Shown: positions 1 to 13,418 of the stretch, piece after piece
Layout: every line of letters starts with the position of its first letter
How positions within the stretch are numbered: the first letter of the stretch is position 1
From: Macrostomum lignano
Lineage: Eukaryota
Reading direction: 5' to 3'
NCBI GenBank assembly: GCA_002269645.1
Contig: NIVC01001204.1
Span: 124,001-188,000 of the forward strand
DNA: 64,000 nt
Made by a program: the position numbers and the translations under genes
The notes under the pieces: generated by a model
The model's input: only the letters and a program-made list of their open reading frames with translations
Database searches by the model: none
Told to the model about the DNA's origin: nothing

Positions 1-1099
1 TGTACTGCTGCAGGGTGATGGCGCCAAGGCGGTCCTGCATGATGCGGCTTGCTCGGGGCAGCGACCGCAAGCTCTCGAGTCGGGACAGCGAGTCCAGGCC
101 CAGCATGATGACGTTGCCGAGCTCCGAGCTGTCGGTCGGCGACCCCCCGCGACTGCCGGCTGCAGACGACGTCGCTCGCTTCACTCCGTAGTAGACGGAG
201 CTGTGGCGGCTGGCGCGGTCTGGCGACTGGCAGGAAGCTCGGAATCCCAGGCTGGGCAGCTCGTCTCCGCTGCGGAGCGGCCTGGCGCTGCCGAACTCGC
301 TCGACTGGTCGTCCAGCCGCACGACGGGCTCCGCGGTGCAGTTGGCCGACGAGTACTCCGGCCTGAGGTAGACCTTGGACTCGGACACTCTCAGCCAGTT
401 CTTCGAGGTTCCACGCTGACAGACATCGGCGGGAATCGGGCGGGGTCTGTTGGCTCGGACGAGCTGGTTGGTGACTGGCAATTTGGGTGAAACACACCGC
501 TGCGACTCGTGAGTGAGCTCGGGCAGGCTGAAGGTTATTCGATGACAATGATAAGGAGAGTGCGAAATGTTCAATTTTAGTCAGCCTTCGATTTTAACTC
601 ACCTGCTAACACAACGTACTCAATTATCGAGCCAGCTACTCAACAACAAAATCCCGGTTTATTCGACCCAAGCAATCACCTTGTAACCAAAATAAGCACA
701 TAGCAACAAGAATCAATCATCTAGCAACCAACATAATCACTTAGCAACCAATCCATTACCTAGCAACCGCAACCTCAATCAGGAAATACAGTATCATCCG
801 ACTCAAACCTCAACCGCTCACCTCTGCTTGATTCTATCGAAAACCTCCAAGCTAATCTGACCATTCTGTCTGCTATTGTCAAATTTTCTGACACTGCTGA
901 TCAACGCGACAGTCCAGGTGACGCAAGCGAACGTAGCGATGGTGGCCAACATCAGACGGATCCGGCCGTTTCTGGGAGAAGCCAACCTCAGCTGTCTCGC
1001 TAGTGGAATCATTTGCTGCATCCGCTTCGAGGGAGTATGTCCACTGCGTTGGTGATGTGGCTCTGCGTTTTTTCCGAGTTTTTTCTGAGCTCTATGCAA
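1..1099 (-). CDS. DUF229-family (alkaline phosphatase/sulfatase-like) protein, paralog A; 5' part only, runs off the left edge
   Basis: Exon 1 is about 1099-822 (MHRAQ..., hydrophobic segment LMLATIATFACVTWTVALI, donor AG|GTGAGC at 821). Exon 2 runs from 527 to beyond base 1 (acceptor CCTTCAG|C, phase 2 matches) and encodes ...GNVIMLGLDSLSRLESLRSLPR..., nearly identical to paralog B. The start codon is uncertain. Confidence 0.8.
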
Positions 1100-2319
1100 G
1101 CTTGATTGAGGTAGCTTGGTCAGTCTGTGTGATATTTTGGTGGTTGTTGTAGACAGCTAGGCAGGAGAGGCTTGGTAGAACTACAGGCTAGCTTGTCTCT
1201 CTATGCGGAAATGTTGAGACGATTTGAGCTAGTAGCATGGAGCCAGTTATTTTTGTCTCCCTTGATCTTCACTTTTAGCATCGTGATGACTGCGATATTG
1301 CTACTTTCAGAGGGGAGACGAAAAGGAACACGATACGAAAACGACTTTGTCTATGGCAGTCACGAGCCAATAGGACGGAACGGGGAGGAAAGGGAATGCT
1401 TAAAGGGAAGATAATGTACATCAGCAATAATGTACATTTTAGCCAGTCCACTGAAATGTACATGGCGCTTTAGGCTGGAATTCCGAGAAAGACAATAAAA
1501 ATTAGGGTGGGGCGAAGGGTCGTATGGAAAGGCGCTGTTGGAGGGTTTCAGCTTGGGGGTAAAAACCAATAAATGAGCCTTGGTGTTAAAAATACATTAA
1601 AATGGTTCTGTTTAACTTACTACTGAACCAAAAGTAGTTTACACGCAAATGTGCTGAGTAGCCCATCCAATTATTATAGTATCTGCCCTGGGTCTTCCCT
1701 GGGCCCCTGGCGAGGTGGGTGGAGAGAGGAGGTGGCCGTTGGGTTTGTTTACAAGCTGTCGTGGTGTGGAAAAAGTATAACGTGTAAACTAAGAAAGCCT
1801 GATTGTCTATGGCTAACGCTTCTCTTTCATCATTTCTAACCTAAATATCACGTGATGTATAATCGTACAGTCATGCAGTCCCTCGGCGAGTGCTCAGAAA
1901 CGCAAGGAATTCACACATGAAATGCACAGCAGCTTTCGTTTTCCGCTTGCCATACCATTTTCAACCGTTTTTGAAGTGACTTTTCAAAAAAAAACTTTTG
2001 ACAAGCTGTAAATTGTTCTTTCGGATGGAAAAAATAACCATCCAGATCAGACTAACAAAAAATATTCTGGAATTAAACGACATCACAACATCGCTATTTA
2101 ATGGGGGTCCCTCATTGGCGGCCATGTTATTTTTTATTAGAGGCAGGGGGGTTGTGTGCACCCGGGCGCACTTTAAGCGACATAGGCCCACAACCGGCAA
2201 GAGGCATTACTGCCCATTCCGCCGACTTCCCTGAGCAGGCATACAAGCGCGCGGATACGTGCGCAGGCACACACTCACACAGGAGTGTACAGCGGCCCTA
2301 ACTTTATATTATCGTTAGG

Positions 2320-2485
2320 CATGTACACTTCACTGCGCCTTGGGGGGTTGGCTCTCAAGGCCGTTAATTGCACGAGCAGAGCCAAGCCGAGATTCCAATT
2401 CAGCCCCAAATTAATGTGACTGCACTTGGAATCGAGCCTGGGTCGCTGGCACACCAGAGCAGCTGCGCTACCGCTGGGCTACGGC
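2320..2485 (-). mobile_element. tRNA-derived SINE, family 2
   Basis: The minus strand reads GCCGTAGCCCAGCGG (A-box-like) ...GGCTCGATTCC (B-box-like). The body matches a degenerate plus-strand copy at about 55985-56125 (ttggaatct.ggcttggc.ctgctcgtgcaat...gcagtgaagtgtacatg). Confidence 0.65.
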
Positions 2486-3236
2486 CCCCCTTGGCGGCCA
2501 TGTTGATCCGGTCTACTTTAAAATGGTGGGATCCCCAGAGTTGCTATGACTACATTTGTGGTACAACTGGGATTTCTGGCATTGTTTAACCAATGAGCGA
2601 ATCGTATGTATTATTCATGTATTACTATTCAATATTTCAATACATTTATTTATTCATTCAGGCAGCCAATAATGTTAAATAGTAAAAAACAGGTGCTTGA
2701 AGATTAATTAAGGAGGAAATAATGGGTCAGCTGGTTTAGAGGCCGCCTCTCCAATACATTAGATTAAAATAGGATATTTATTTAATTGGGATGCTGATTA
2801 TATATGCTTATCTCATCCCATTGGAATTACTACGTTTATGCAGTTATGTAACTAAAGAGACTATTTTCTTAGTAATCCTTGAATGTCGCAGAGGGGACTA
2901 CCTTTCAGCTTTGCTAGCAGAATATAGAATGAAGTTGAGTTTGATTCTCTAGAAGCTAAGGATCATTTTAACCAAACTATTTGGCATAACCTTTTAACCG
3001 AACCTATCCTAAACCCTAAACTTGATCAAAACAAGGTACCCCTTGTTAGTTGCACTCAACAAGCCTTTGCATATATTTTGTACAAATTTTTCGACTTCAA
3101 ATCATTTTAAGCTTCAAAACGAGCCCTTACTTAAAAAATCGATTGCACAGTTAAAAGTCTTTAGGAAATACCTCATTAAATTAACTGTCTGGTGTTTTTT
3201 TACAATACACAAAGCTGCCTGTCAACTCGAAACGAC

Positions 3237-6200
3237 TCATGAAGGACTGTCACTGACGCCAGTACGGCACAGGCAAAACTTTCGCAGGTGAGGCGCGACC
3301 TCAGTGACGCAGTGAGCCTGACTGCCGTACCGGTTGATACGCGAGGCCTCCGAAGTGGAGGACAGCAGCAGCAGCGGACTGCCGAAACGCGATCGCTGCA
3401 GGCCGAACTGCACCGACGCCTCAAATAGGCCTCCGTTCGGCTCTGTGACGAGGCGGAGCGTCAGGTAGCCGGCAGCGAGCAGCGCCGAGTTCTCCGCGTT
3501 GTAGGCCACGTAGCGCCAGCTGACGTGGCGCTCGCGGCGAGCCAGATCCTCGCTTGCCTGCGGCGTTGCAGAGGGGGGGGGAGTAGCTCGGGGGTTGTTC
3601 GAATCTGTGCTCGTCTATTTCAGGCTGGTGCACAAAAAATATGTCTCAGGAAGACTCGAGCGGTCACTCACCAAGCTGACATCGGCCTCCGTGACATTCC
3701 CCAGCTGCAGCTCATGGCACAGGTGTCGGAACGGCTTAGTGGCCGAGTTCATCTGGTTCACTGCGAACCGAGCGGCTCTCACGGCCAGCTCGTTCGAGCT
3801 CGGCTCTTGAATCTTCTTCAGCCGCAGACACGAGCACCAGTGAGTCGGAATGCCCGCATCTGAGCAGCTGCGAGTCTCCGGAACGGCCTCATCGATCAGT
3901 GAGTACGACGTGAGGCTGGCGCCACCCGCTGCGAGCGTGGTAGAGTCTCTGAGTCCAGATAAGTTCAACAGAGTCCTGTGAATGTCGACAGGCGTTGTGA
4001 GTCTATTTGCGTTGGTCCTCAACATCTCTGCCGCATCTTTCTTGCGGCTCATCAGCTGCCTGCTCAGCGCGATGCTCATGAGCGGTAGCGACTCCTCCAG
4101 CTTGCCCTGCATGGAGTTCCTCAGCGGTCCGTGCCGCTGGCCGTGGTCCGACATCAGAATGATGCTGGTGTTGCTGCTGAGGTTGGCGGCCTCGAACCAA
4201 TCCAGGAACTTGACGAGCTCAGCGTCCATGGGAGACAGGTCTTGATTCTCGTGCGACAAAGAGCTGAAAAAGGTGAAGGCGAACTTGGGCCTGTCCGGGT
4301 ACAAGGTGAAGAGGTCCTTGACGGTTGAGAGCATTCTGGCGCTGGCGATCTCGTCTCCGATGCAGATGGCGTTGGTCTGCAGCCGCTCCTGCTGCAGCAG
4401 CGCCGGTCTCAGGTAGAAATCCGTGGGCTCGCGTCTGAAGCCGTGAAACCGCAGCTGGAAAGTGCCTGAAAATTTACGATATTACGAGTAAATTCCATGT
4501 CAAGACCAGCAGCGGAGCAAGTGAAATAACTCAATCCTGACTAACTGACTAGCAACAGAATAAGGACTTCGCTGCAAGGTGAAACGAGTGGTAAGAAAAG
4601 CTCAACCAATAGTTATTAGGCAAAAATCACGCCAGAAACGAACAGTGGGTAGGTCAAGAAATGTCTCTGCAAGTCACTAATTACTTTACTAAAGCCTCCT
4701 TAACTGCGAGAGGCCTAGAACTTCTTGCTCCCCACTGAAGTCCAGGGGAGTTCAAGGACCGAATGGCTTGTACAGAGTACAGAGGATCGACTGAAGGACT
4801 AAGCCAAGAACTTCTACTCGGAGACAGGGAGTTCTAGAGCAGCTGCAGAGTAAAGTTTTGCGGTTTGTGGGGATGGTGAACCGCTGGGTAATCTTTTAGC
4901 GCTATAATTGCAGTGCCATTTGTCATAAGTTGGAGTTCAAAAGCAATTGCATTGCTGAGCCCCTCTGAGCCATAAAAGTCGCAGAAGCCTGCAGACTCCA
5001 ATTTTTACAGACTACTCTAGGTCCAGACGCCGCCTGTAAAAAATAACAAAGCAGATCTTCGCGCCCTTTGTTGTGAAAATGCGAAAATTTGTTGTTAAGC
5101 ATTCGCTGTCATGTCTTTGTTATGGGCGTGGTTTTTTATCTTTGCTGTATTGTTAGCTTACTGACCCATACACCCCAGTCAGATGCGATTTGTGTTTTTA
5201 CTAAGTCATTAGATCCCGCAATGGTTGAATTGTTTGCTAGTAATGTGGACAAGGCGTCTATGAATTGCATTTCTGTTTTACACTAGTGTGGATTAGTTGG
5301 CTGAGCCACCCTCTGCAAATAAACTAACGAAAAATAGTAGCTCGTAAAACTGATCGATTTTTTAAGACAAAGAAACCAACGAAGCCACAAATTAACCCTG
5401 AGCTTAAGCCGGTTACCAGTGAGTGACCTACTGGGCTCTCAATCGCTAAAATAGATCCCGCTTTTTGCAATGTTTATTCTACTGGCTGGCTAGTTTATGA
5501 CGTAGGGTAAATGCATACAATTTATATTTTTCATTAGATATATGTTGTCGAACGCAAGTTAAGTTTTCAAGCTAAGTGTAGCACTATACTTGTGTTGAAT
5601 TAATTTGCAAAGGCACACTTGGCGCAGAGCGTCTTCAACTAGTTCAAAGAATTTGCGCATGTTAAAGAATTTTTTTATTCTAGCCTACCAGATATCTTTT
5701 AGGTTTCAAATTTGGTACATGTAAGATCTCCGATTCGTTCTCTCCACCAGGGTCAGGGGGGAAATGATTGCCTCTTGTTTCCTCCGGTTCCAATATTTGT
5801 TTCCGATTATACTCGTAATTGAGGCGCTTCACAAAACCGATAGTAAAAAATCAGTTATAAAATTCGTTTTTAAAAAGAGCTATTACGTCAGATGCAAGGC
5901 TTGGGGGTTGCCCCATGCACGCACCCTCAATAATTACGTCATCTTATGCTGGCACCCATTTTACAGCTGAGGAAACTAAATCAATGCAGAGTTAAGGGTC
6001 TTGCTCAAGGACACAAATTGCTCTGAGTGGGTCGAGAGTCGAACCTCACACTTTTTAGCCGTCGCCTATTCAGAATGGTGAATAAATTTGATAGTCTGAG
6101 TGTCATAGACAGAGTTCACTGTTCTTAACAGTACTTTGCTTAGGGCACGAACCCATAGTTAAACAAGAGGTTTATGTAGCATACATGTAACAGCATGTGG

Positions 6201-7652
6201 TTGTGTGACTAAATGCACTACACATACACCTACGCTATTGTGACTGCGCGCTTATTCCAATGCACTCTTTTGACTGTTGAGTCTTATAATTTGCGCTCTT
6301 TATTCAGACCACCCTACACAGCTTATTTTAGAGAGCTTGTAATGAGACACCAGGCACGTTGCAATATCTTAGGCGCGAGTTTCGTTTCTCTGCACAAAAA
6401 GGTACCCTGAAATCTAACCCTGAGGGTGCAAAATTACAGTCAACATCCAGACGAAAGAACTCTATGAATTGTTACAAGAAAGTCAGAATTCACTGTCATT
6501 TAAACTAGGCGATGCAGTTCGTGTTCAATTCATTGATGCCCACTTGTCACAAGTCGGAAGATTTGGTTGTCATTTCACTTTTTCAGGGCGAATGCTTCAG
6601 ACCTCAAGCTGACAACTCAAAAAACGCGCTCTCACCGTATGCAGACTGCTCCTCCCCGTACAGAGTGACGAAGCCCCGGTCCCGCAGGTCCTGGAAGATC
6701 CACCGAAGCGAGTCGTCCAGAAATCGAGCTCCAGCGAAGCCCTTCCGAGACTCGGGCATGTCGGCCTCCCGAACCCCCGTCAGGATGGGCAGCAAAGCGG
6801 CGGGCGTACCGTCTCCCATGATGTTGTACTGCTGCAGGGTGATGGCGCCAAGGCGGTCCTGCATGATGCGGCTGGCTCGGGGCAGCGACCGCAAGCTCTC
6901 GAGTCGGGACAGCGAGTCCAGGCCCAGCATGATGACGTTGCCGAGCTCCGAGCTGTCGGTCGGCGACCCTTCGCGACTGCCGGCTGCAGACGACGTCGCT
7001 CGCTTAACTCCGTAGTAGACGGAGCTGTGGCGGCTGGTGCGGTCTGGTGACTGGCAGGAAGCTCGGAATCCCAGACTGGGCAGCTCGTCTCCGCTGCGGA
7101 GCGGCCTGGCGCTGCCGAACTCGCTCGACTGGTCGTCCACCCACACGACGGGCTCCGCGGTGCAGCTGCTGCCAGAGAACTTCGGCTTTAGGTAGACCCT
7201 GGACTCGGACACTCTCAACCAATTTTCGGCACTGCCGCCCGCCTTCGAGCAGAAGTCAGCCGGCATCAGGACGGGCCGGTGATCGTGGATGAACTTCGTT
7301 TCCAACGGCAGGTTCGGGGACTGACAATTTCGCTTACTGAATTCTTCTGTCTTTGGTGGCAAGCTGTTAAGACGAATTGTGTTATTCCATTCATGAGCTG
7401 CAATATTTAAGAAACATATTTAAAAGATGCTAGCAGCAAAATTCAAGCTTACCTATTGATTATGGCGTTAAAATGTTCTTCTTCCAGCGCCTCTGCATAC
7501 TGCATATAGTCCGACGGCAGTGCGTGGTTAAAGAACCAGAGAATGGTGGCAGTGCAGGACAGACAAGCAATGGACAGGATCACCAGCGACCACAGGGAAA
7601 ATCTCGTGTTGAATGTTAGTCGCTTGAATATTCGCCTGGTTTTTAAAGACAT
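3237..7652 (-). CDS. DUF229-family protein, paralog B; complete 4-exon model of about 699 aa, probable type II membrane protein
   Basis: Exons 7652-7453, 7363-6636, 4465-3672 and 3614-3237 total 2100 nt. All introns are GT-AG with consistent phases, including a 57-nt intron (3671-3615, GTGAGT...AAATAG) that removes the apparent TAG. Motifs: N-terminal TM helix, GLDSLSR, YNIMGDGT, SDHGQRHG, LTTPVDIHRT, CSDAGIPTHWCSC, SRINRYGSQAHC..LRKFCLC. Confidence 0.88.
5955..6050 (-). mobile_element. CORE-type (MIR-like) SINE fragment
   Basis: CCCATTTTACAGCTGAGGAAACT...GAGTTAAGGGTCTTGCTCAAGGACAC...GTCGAACC follows the CORE/MIR consensus in antisense. It shares a block with 45441-45560. Confidence 0.65.
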
Positions 7653-8949
7653 TTCCTACTGTCACAGTGTAATGGTATTCTCCTATAATGGTATCTCTAT
7701 TGGCTTATATTAGAGTTAACTTGCTTCTGAAGTTGCTATCAGTGGCGGTAAGGTCTATAGGGAGTCATATACACTCGGAGAAAGTCCCGAATATTTGACT
7801 CACTGTGTGCGTGAGTGTAGTGTACAGCGGTGCGGAGCTTGTACTGCAGTCCTGCGTACACGCTATCTATGCCTGCCCTAAATAAACGCGTGCAAGGGTT
7901 GGCCGGTCCAACTGCCTCGGTTGGGCGGAGGTGGGCGGCGCAACGAATTGGAAACAGCATGGCTGGAAGGCTTTTTGGAAGAACTGGTTGGGGGATATTG
8001 CGCGAACCATAGGAGCGAAACCCAACCAACCAAGTTCATTCTTACCCTTATATGCAGGCAGGGAGGAAATTCCGGAAAGGGCACCACACAGGCCTCTCTT
8101 TCTTGACTCACTCTCTTGGGTTTCGAATCGCCTCACCAGGCCCAGCATCCCAGACCCCTAAATTTCTCTCGCCTCTCGTCTCTCTACCCTCGTCCCCAAT
8201 TCCATGTCCTTCGTGGTTGGGCCAAGGAGTCTCGTAGCCAGAATCTGAAGTGGCAGCTCTAAATTGAAGCCATATTTTTGCTAAAGAATTGATCAAGGAA
8301 TAAAAGAAGCTTTTCTGCATCATAAATTTTTGACGTATAAACTTTTGTAATAAGACTACATGTTGACTGCTAGGAAAAAGCACACAAAACGGTTTAAGAC
8401 TGAGGCTGAGTGTTTTGAGCAATCTTTGACCAACGATACTAGTGACAATATGAGCCAGCCTTAAGTATCGTCCTTGATCGTCCAGCAGTCGGTCTTATGA
8501 AGCCCCTAATCTGAAAATTGGGTTCTGAAGCTGAGTTTGTCACTCCAAATACTGATTCTGGTTCTCTTTGGCTGGGTCAGTACTGCCGCTATGAAAGGGT
8601 AAGGGGTGGGCAACCAATCCCAGTTCCATCCCTAGCCCAGCTGCCATTGGTTCGAGCTCCGAGCCCTGCACACTAAAGCATCCAAATGTGCTGGGCAGCT
8701 TCTCTTGTTGGCATTCGCAGAACATTTTCCAAATTTAACATTGCAGTTCAACTGTTTGCTACCAGGTTTATGAAACTAAATAGAGCAGGGTTCAACATAC
8801 TCGGGCCCTCGGGTCCTTTGAGTTGAAACTTTACAAAAGCAATCCGGCCGGCTCAAGGTTTTTGTTTCTTTTCAGCTCTCTTCTCTCTAATCTCCTGTCT
8901 TCTTTTTTCTCTTCTCTCTTCTCCCTTCTTTCCCTTCTATCATTTCTCT

Positions 8950-9123
8950 TCTCCTCTCCTCTCTCCTCTCCTCTCCTCTCCTCTCCTCTCCTCTCCTCTC
9001 CTCTCCTCTCCTCTCCTCTCCTCTCCTCTCCTCTCCTCTCCTCTCCTCTCCTCTCCTCTCCTCTCCTCTCCTCTCCTCTCCTCTCCTCTCCTCTCCTCTC
9101 CTCTCCTCTCCTCTCTCCTCTCT
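8950..9123. repeat. (CTCTC)n pentanucleotide microsatellite
   Basis: Perfect tandem run of about 33 units. Confidence 0.97.
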
Positions 9124-9645
9124 CGCACGTTTAGACACAAGAAGATCCCTATCTTGTTTATGGAATCCAGCACTGATCTCATTAGTTGGTTTTTAGTGTG
9201 AGTAGCCCGGTCGCGTATGCCCCCTTCCTAAAAGACAGCCTACGATATTCTGTGGAAAGATTCAAAGTAATTTTAGCGGTCGAACTCTAGTGAACCAGTC
9301 TGCAGACACCCGAGTTTCGATTTTCAATAATCGAGCCTCTACCCTGGGACGTCCTTAGTCAGAAACTAGGGCTTTCTAGCTTCAAGATTTCCTGCCCTGG
9401 CCTCTTGCCGTTTTGCGCCCGTTAAGAACAGCAGATTATTCACAAGGCTCGACTCGCTTCTACTTTGATGAATACAAATCTGACTGAACTGCATTCGCGA
9501 TAAATTATCATGCCCGAAAATCTTGCATGCCACCCCCTGGTGCAAGTGTGCATTTGCAGCGACTTATGGAAAGTGGAATATCTTTAAACAGACCGATTCG
9601 TTTCCAAGAATAGCTTGGCAGGACAAGATAGAAGCGGGTAAAGTT

Positions 9646-9776
9646 GCTGGCGCCCCTTGGTGCTGGCGCCCCTTGGTGCTGGCGCCCCTTGGTGCTGGCG
9701 CCCCATGGTGCTGGCGCCCCTTGGTGCTGGCGCCCCTTGGTGCTGGCGCCCCTTGGTGCTGGCGCCCCTTGGTGCT
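9646..9776. repeat. 16-bp minisatellite (GCTGGCGCCCCTTGGT)n
   Basis: About 8 near-perfect copies. Confidence 0.95.
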
Positions 9777-10212
9777 ATTCTTTTTTTCCATTTAAAACTT
9801 GAAAACATAGAGTTAACAAACATACTCGCTTAAATGCACTTTTCAATTTCATTGAATTTGAATTTCATTGCGTTTCAAAGTCTGGTAGCTCGTAATTTCT
9901 ATAGTACGTTGAAATTTTTATCGCACAAAATCAAAACTTAGATAGATTCTCATCTCAGTTTAGTTCAGTTTTCTGCCGGGGGGAGCCGGCCGGGCAACTG
10001 AGAGGAGGCTGCGACTTGGGGGGAGGGTTGGCTCCCATGTAGATCGCCTGACAAGCGCTCTTAATCGAGTCAAATCAAGGGAAATAGAAGGACGCCATAC
10101 TCGACTTTCTCGACACTCCCAGGGGTTGTCGCTACCGGGGGGGGGGGGACAAAAGAACATTCAGGACCTGATAAAGAAATTAGTAATTTTGATTCAGGCC
10201 GACAAAATATAG

Positions 10213-13200
10213 CGCCTGTGACTCCAAAATGAGTGCCTGTGGCTCCAAAATGAGTGCCTGTGACTCCAAAATGAGTGCCTGTGGCTCCAAAATGAGTGCC
10301 TGTGGCTCCAAAATGAGTGCCTGTGGCTCCAAAATGAGTGCCTGTGGCTCCAAAATGAGTGCCTGTGGCTCCAAAATGAGTGCCTGTGGCTCCAAAATGA
10401 GTGCCTGTGGCTCCAAACTGAGTGCCTGTGGATCCAAAATGAGTGCCCGTGGCTCCAAAATGAGTGCCTGTGGCTCCAAAATGAGTGCCTGTGGCTCCAA
10501 AATGAGTGCCTGTGGCTCCAAAATGAGTGCCTGTGGCTCCAAAATGAGTGCCTGTGGCTCCAAAATGAGTGCCTGTGGCTCCAAAATGAGTGCCTGTGGC
10601 TCCAAAATGAGTGCCTGCCTGCGGCGCCAAAGGCAGTGCCTGCGGCGTCAAAATGAGTGCCTGCGGCGCCAAAATGAGTGCCTGTCTGCGGCGCCAAAAT
10701 GAGTGCCTGTCTGCGGCGCCAAAATGAATGCCTTCGGCGCCAAAATTAGTGTCTGCGGCGCTAAAATGAGTGCCTGCCTGCGGCGCCAAAATGAGTGCCT
10801 GCCTGCGGCGCCAAAGGCAGTGCCTGCACCTGCGGCGCCAAAATGAGTGCCTGCCTGTGGCGCCAAAATGAGTGCCTTCGGCGCCAAAATTAGTGTCTGC
10901 AGCGCTAAAATGAGTGCCTGCCTGCGGCGCCAAAGGCAGTGCCTGCACCTGCGGCGCCAAAATGAGTGCCTGCCATGAGTGCCTGCCTGCGGCGCTAAAA
11001 TGATTGCCTGCCTGCGGCGCCAAAATGAGTGCTTCCCTGCGGCGCTAAAATGAGTGCCTGCCTGCGGCGCCAAAATGAGTGCTTCCCTGCGGCGCCAAAA
11101 CGAGTGCCTGCGGCGCCAAATTGAGTGCGTGTCTGCGGCGCCAAAATGAGTGCCTGCCTGCGGCGCCAAAGGCAGTGCCTGCACCTGCCGCGCCAAAATG
11201 ATTGCGTGCCTGCGGCGCCAAAATGAGTGCGTGTGGCGCCAAAATGAGTGCCTGCATCGCCAAAATGAGTGCCTGTCTGCGGCGCTAAAATGAGTGCCTG
11301 CCTGCGGCGCTAAAATGAGTGCCTGCGGCGCTAAAATGAGTGCGTGTCTGCGGTGCTAAAATAAGTTCCTGCGGCGCCAAAATGAGTGCCTGCCTGCGGC
11401 GCTAAAATGAGTGCCTGCCTGCGGCGCTAAAATGAGTGCCTGCCTGCGGCGCTAAAATGAGTGCCTGCGGCGCTAAAATGAGTGCCTGTCTGCGGCGCTA
11501 AAATGAGTGCCTGCCTGCGGCGCCAAAATGAGTGCCTGCCTGCGGCGCTAAAATGAGTGCCTGTCTTCGGCGCCAAAATGAGTGCCTTCGGCGCTAAAAT
11601 GAGTGCCTGCCTGCGGCGCCAAAATGAGTGCCTGCCTGCGACGCTAAAATGAGTGCCTGTCTGCGGCGCCAAAATGAGTGCCTGCTTGCGGCCCCAAAAT
11701 GAGTGCCTGTGGCTCGAAAATGAGTGCCTGTCTGCGGCGCCAAAATGAGTGCCTGCGGCGCTAAAATGAGTGCCTGTGGCTCCAAAATGAGTGCCTGTGG
11801 CTCCAAAATGAGTGCCTGTGGCTCCAGAATGAGTGCCTGTCTGCGGCGCCAAAATGAGTGCCTGCGGCGCTTAAATGAGTGCCTGTCTGCGGGGCTAAAA
11901 TGAGTGCGTGCCTGCGGCGCCAAAGGCAGTGCCTGCACCTGCCGCGCCAAAATGATTGCGTGCCTGCGGCGCCAAAATGAGTGCGTGTGGCGCCAAAATG
12001 AGTGCCTGCATCGCCAAAATGAGTGCCTGTCTGCGGCGCCAAAATGAGTGCCTGCCTGCGGCGCTAAAATGAGTGCCTGCGGCGCTAAAATGAGTGCGTG
12101 TCTGCGGTGCTAAAATAAGTTCCTGCGGCGCCAAAATGAGTGCCTGCCTGCGGGGCTAAAATGAGTGCGTGCCTGCGGCGCTAAATGAGTGCCTGTCTCC
12201 GGCGCTAAAATGAGTGCCTGCCTGCGGCGGCAAAATGAGTGCCTTCGGCGCTAAAATGAGTGCCTGCCTGCGGCGCTAAAATGAGTGCCTGCCTGCGGCG
12301 CTAAAATGAGTGCCTGTCTGCGGCGCTAAAATGAGTGCCTGCCTGCGGCGCCAAAATGAGTGCCTGCCTGCGGCGCTAAAATGAGTGCCTGTCTTCGGCG
12401 CCAAAATGAGTGCCTGTCTGCGGCCCCAAAATGAGTGCCTGTGGCTCGAAAATGAGTGCCTGTCTGCGGCGCCAAAATGAGTGCCTGCGGCGCTAAAATG
12501 AGTGCCTGTGGCTCCAAAATGAGTGCCTGTGGCTCCAAAATGAGTGCCTGTGGCTCCAAAATGAGTGCCTGTGGCTCCAAAATGAGTGCCTGCCTGCGGC
12601 GCCAAAGGCAGTGCCTGCGGCGTCAAAATGAGTGCCTGCGGCGCTAAAATGAGTGCGTGTCTGCGGCGCCAAAATGAGTGCTTGTCTGCGGCGCTAAAAT
12701 GAGTGCCTGCCTGCGGCGCCAAAATGAGTGCCTGCCTGCGGCGCCAAAGGCAGTGCCTGCACCTGCAGCGCCACAATGAGTGCGTGCCTGTGGCGCCAAA
12801 ATGAGTGCCTTCGGCGCCAAAATTAGTGTCTGCGGCGCTAAAATGAGTGTCTGCGGCGCCAAAATGAGTGCCTGTCTTCGGCGCCAAAATGAGTGCCTGT
12901 CTGCGGCGCTAAAATGAGTGCCTGCCTGCGGTGCTAAATGAGTGCCTGCTTGCGGCGCCAAAGGCAGTGCCTGCACCTTCGGCGCCAAAATGAGTGCGTG
13001 TCTGCGGCGCTAAAATGAGTGCCTGCCTGCGGCGCTAAAATGAGTGCGTGTCTGCGGCGCCAAAATGAGTGCCTACCTGCGGCGCCAAAGGCAGTGCCTG
13101 CACCTGCCGCGCCAAAATGAGTGCGTGCCTGCGGCGCCAAAATGAGTGCCTTCGGCGCCAAAATTAGTGTCTGCGGCGCTAAAATGAGTGCCTGCCTGCG

Positions 13201-13418
13201 GCGCTAAAATGATTGCGTGTCTGCGGCGCCAAAATGAGTGCCTGCGGCGCCAAAATGAGTGCCTGCGGCGCCAAAATGAGTGCCTGTCTGCGGCGCTAAA
13301 ATGAGTGCCTGCCTGCGGCGCCAAAATGAGTGCTTCCCTGCGGCGCCAAAACGAGTGCCTGCGGCGCCAAATTGAGTGCGTGTCTGCGGCGCCAAAATGA
13401 GTGCCTGCTGCGCCAAAA
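10213..13418 (+). repeat. 3.2-kb minisatellite with 21-25-bp units (GGCGCCAAAATGAGTGCCT[GCCT]GC); first 400 bp are the subtype GGCTCCAAAATGAGTGCCTGT
   Basis: Direct tandem repetition. The many ORFs here are repeat artefacts. Confidence 0.97.

Noticed and set aside
3615-3617. In-frame TAG suggesting a DUF229 pseudogene or stop readthrough
   Set aside because: The TAG is the acceptor end of a 57-nt GTGAGT...TAG intron that restores the frame.
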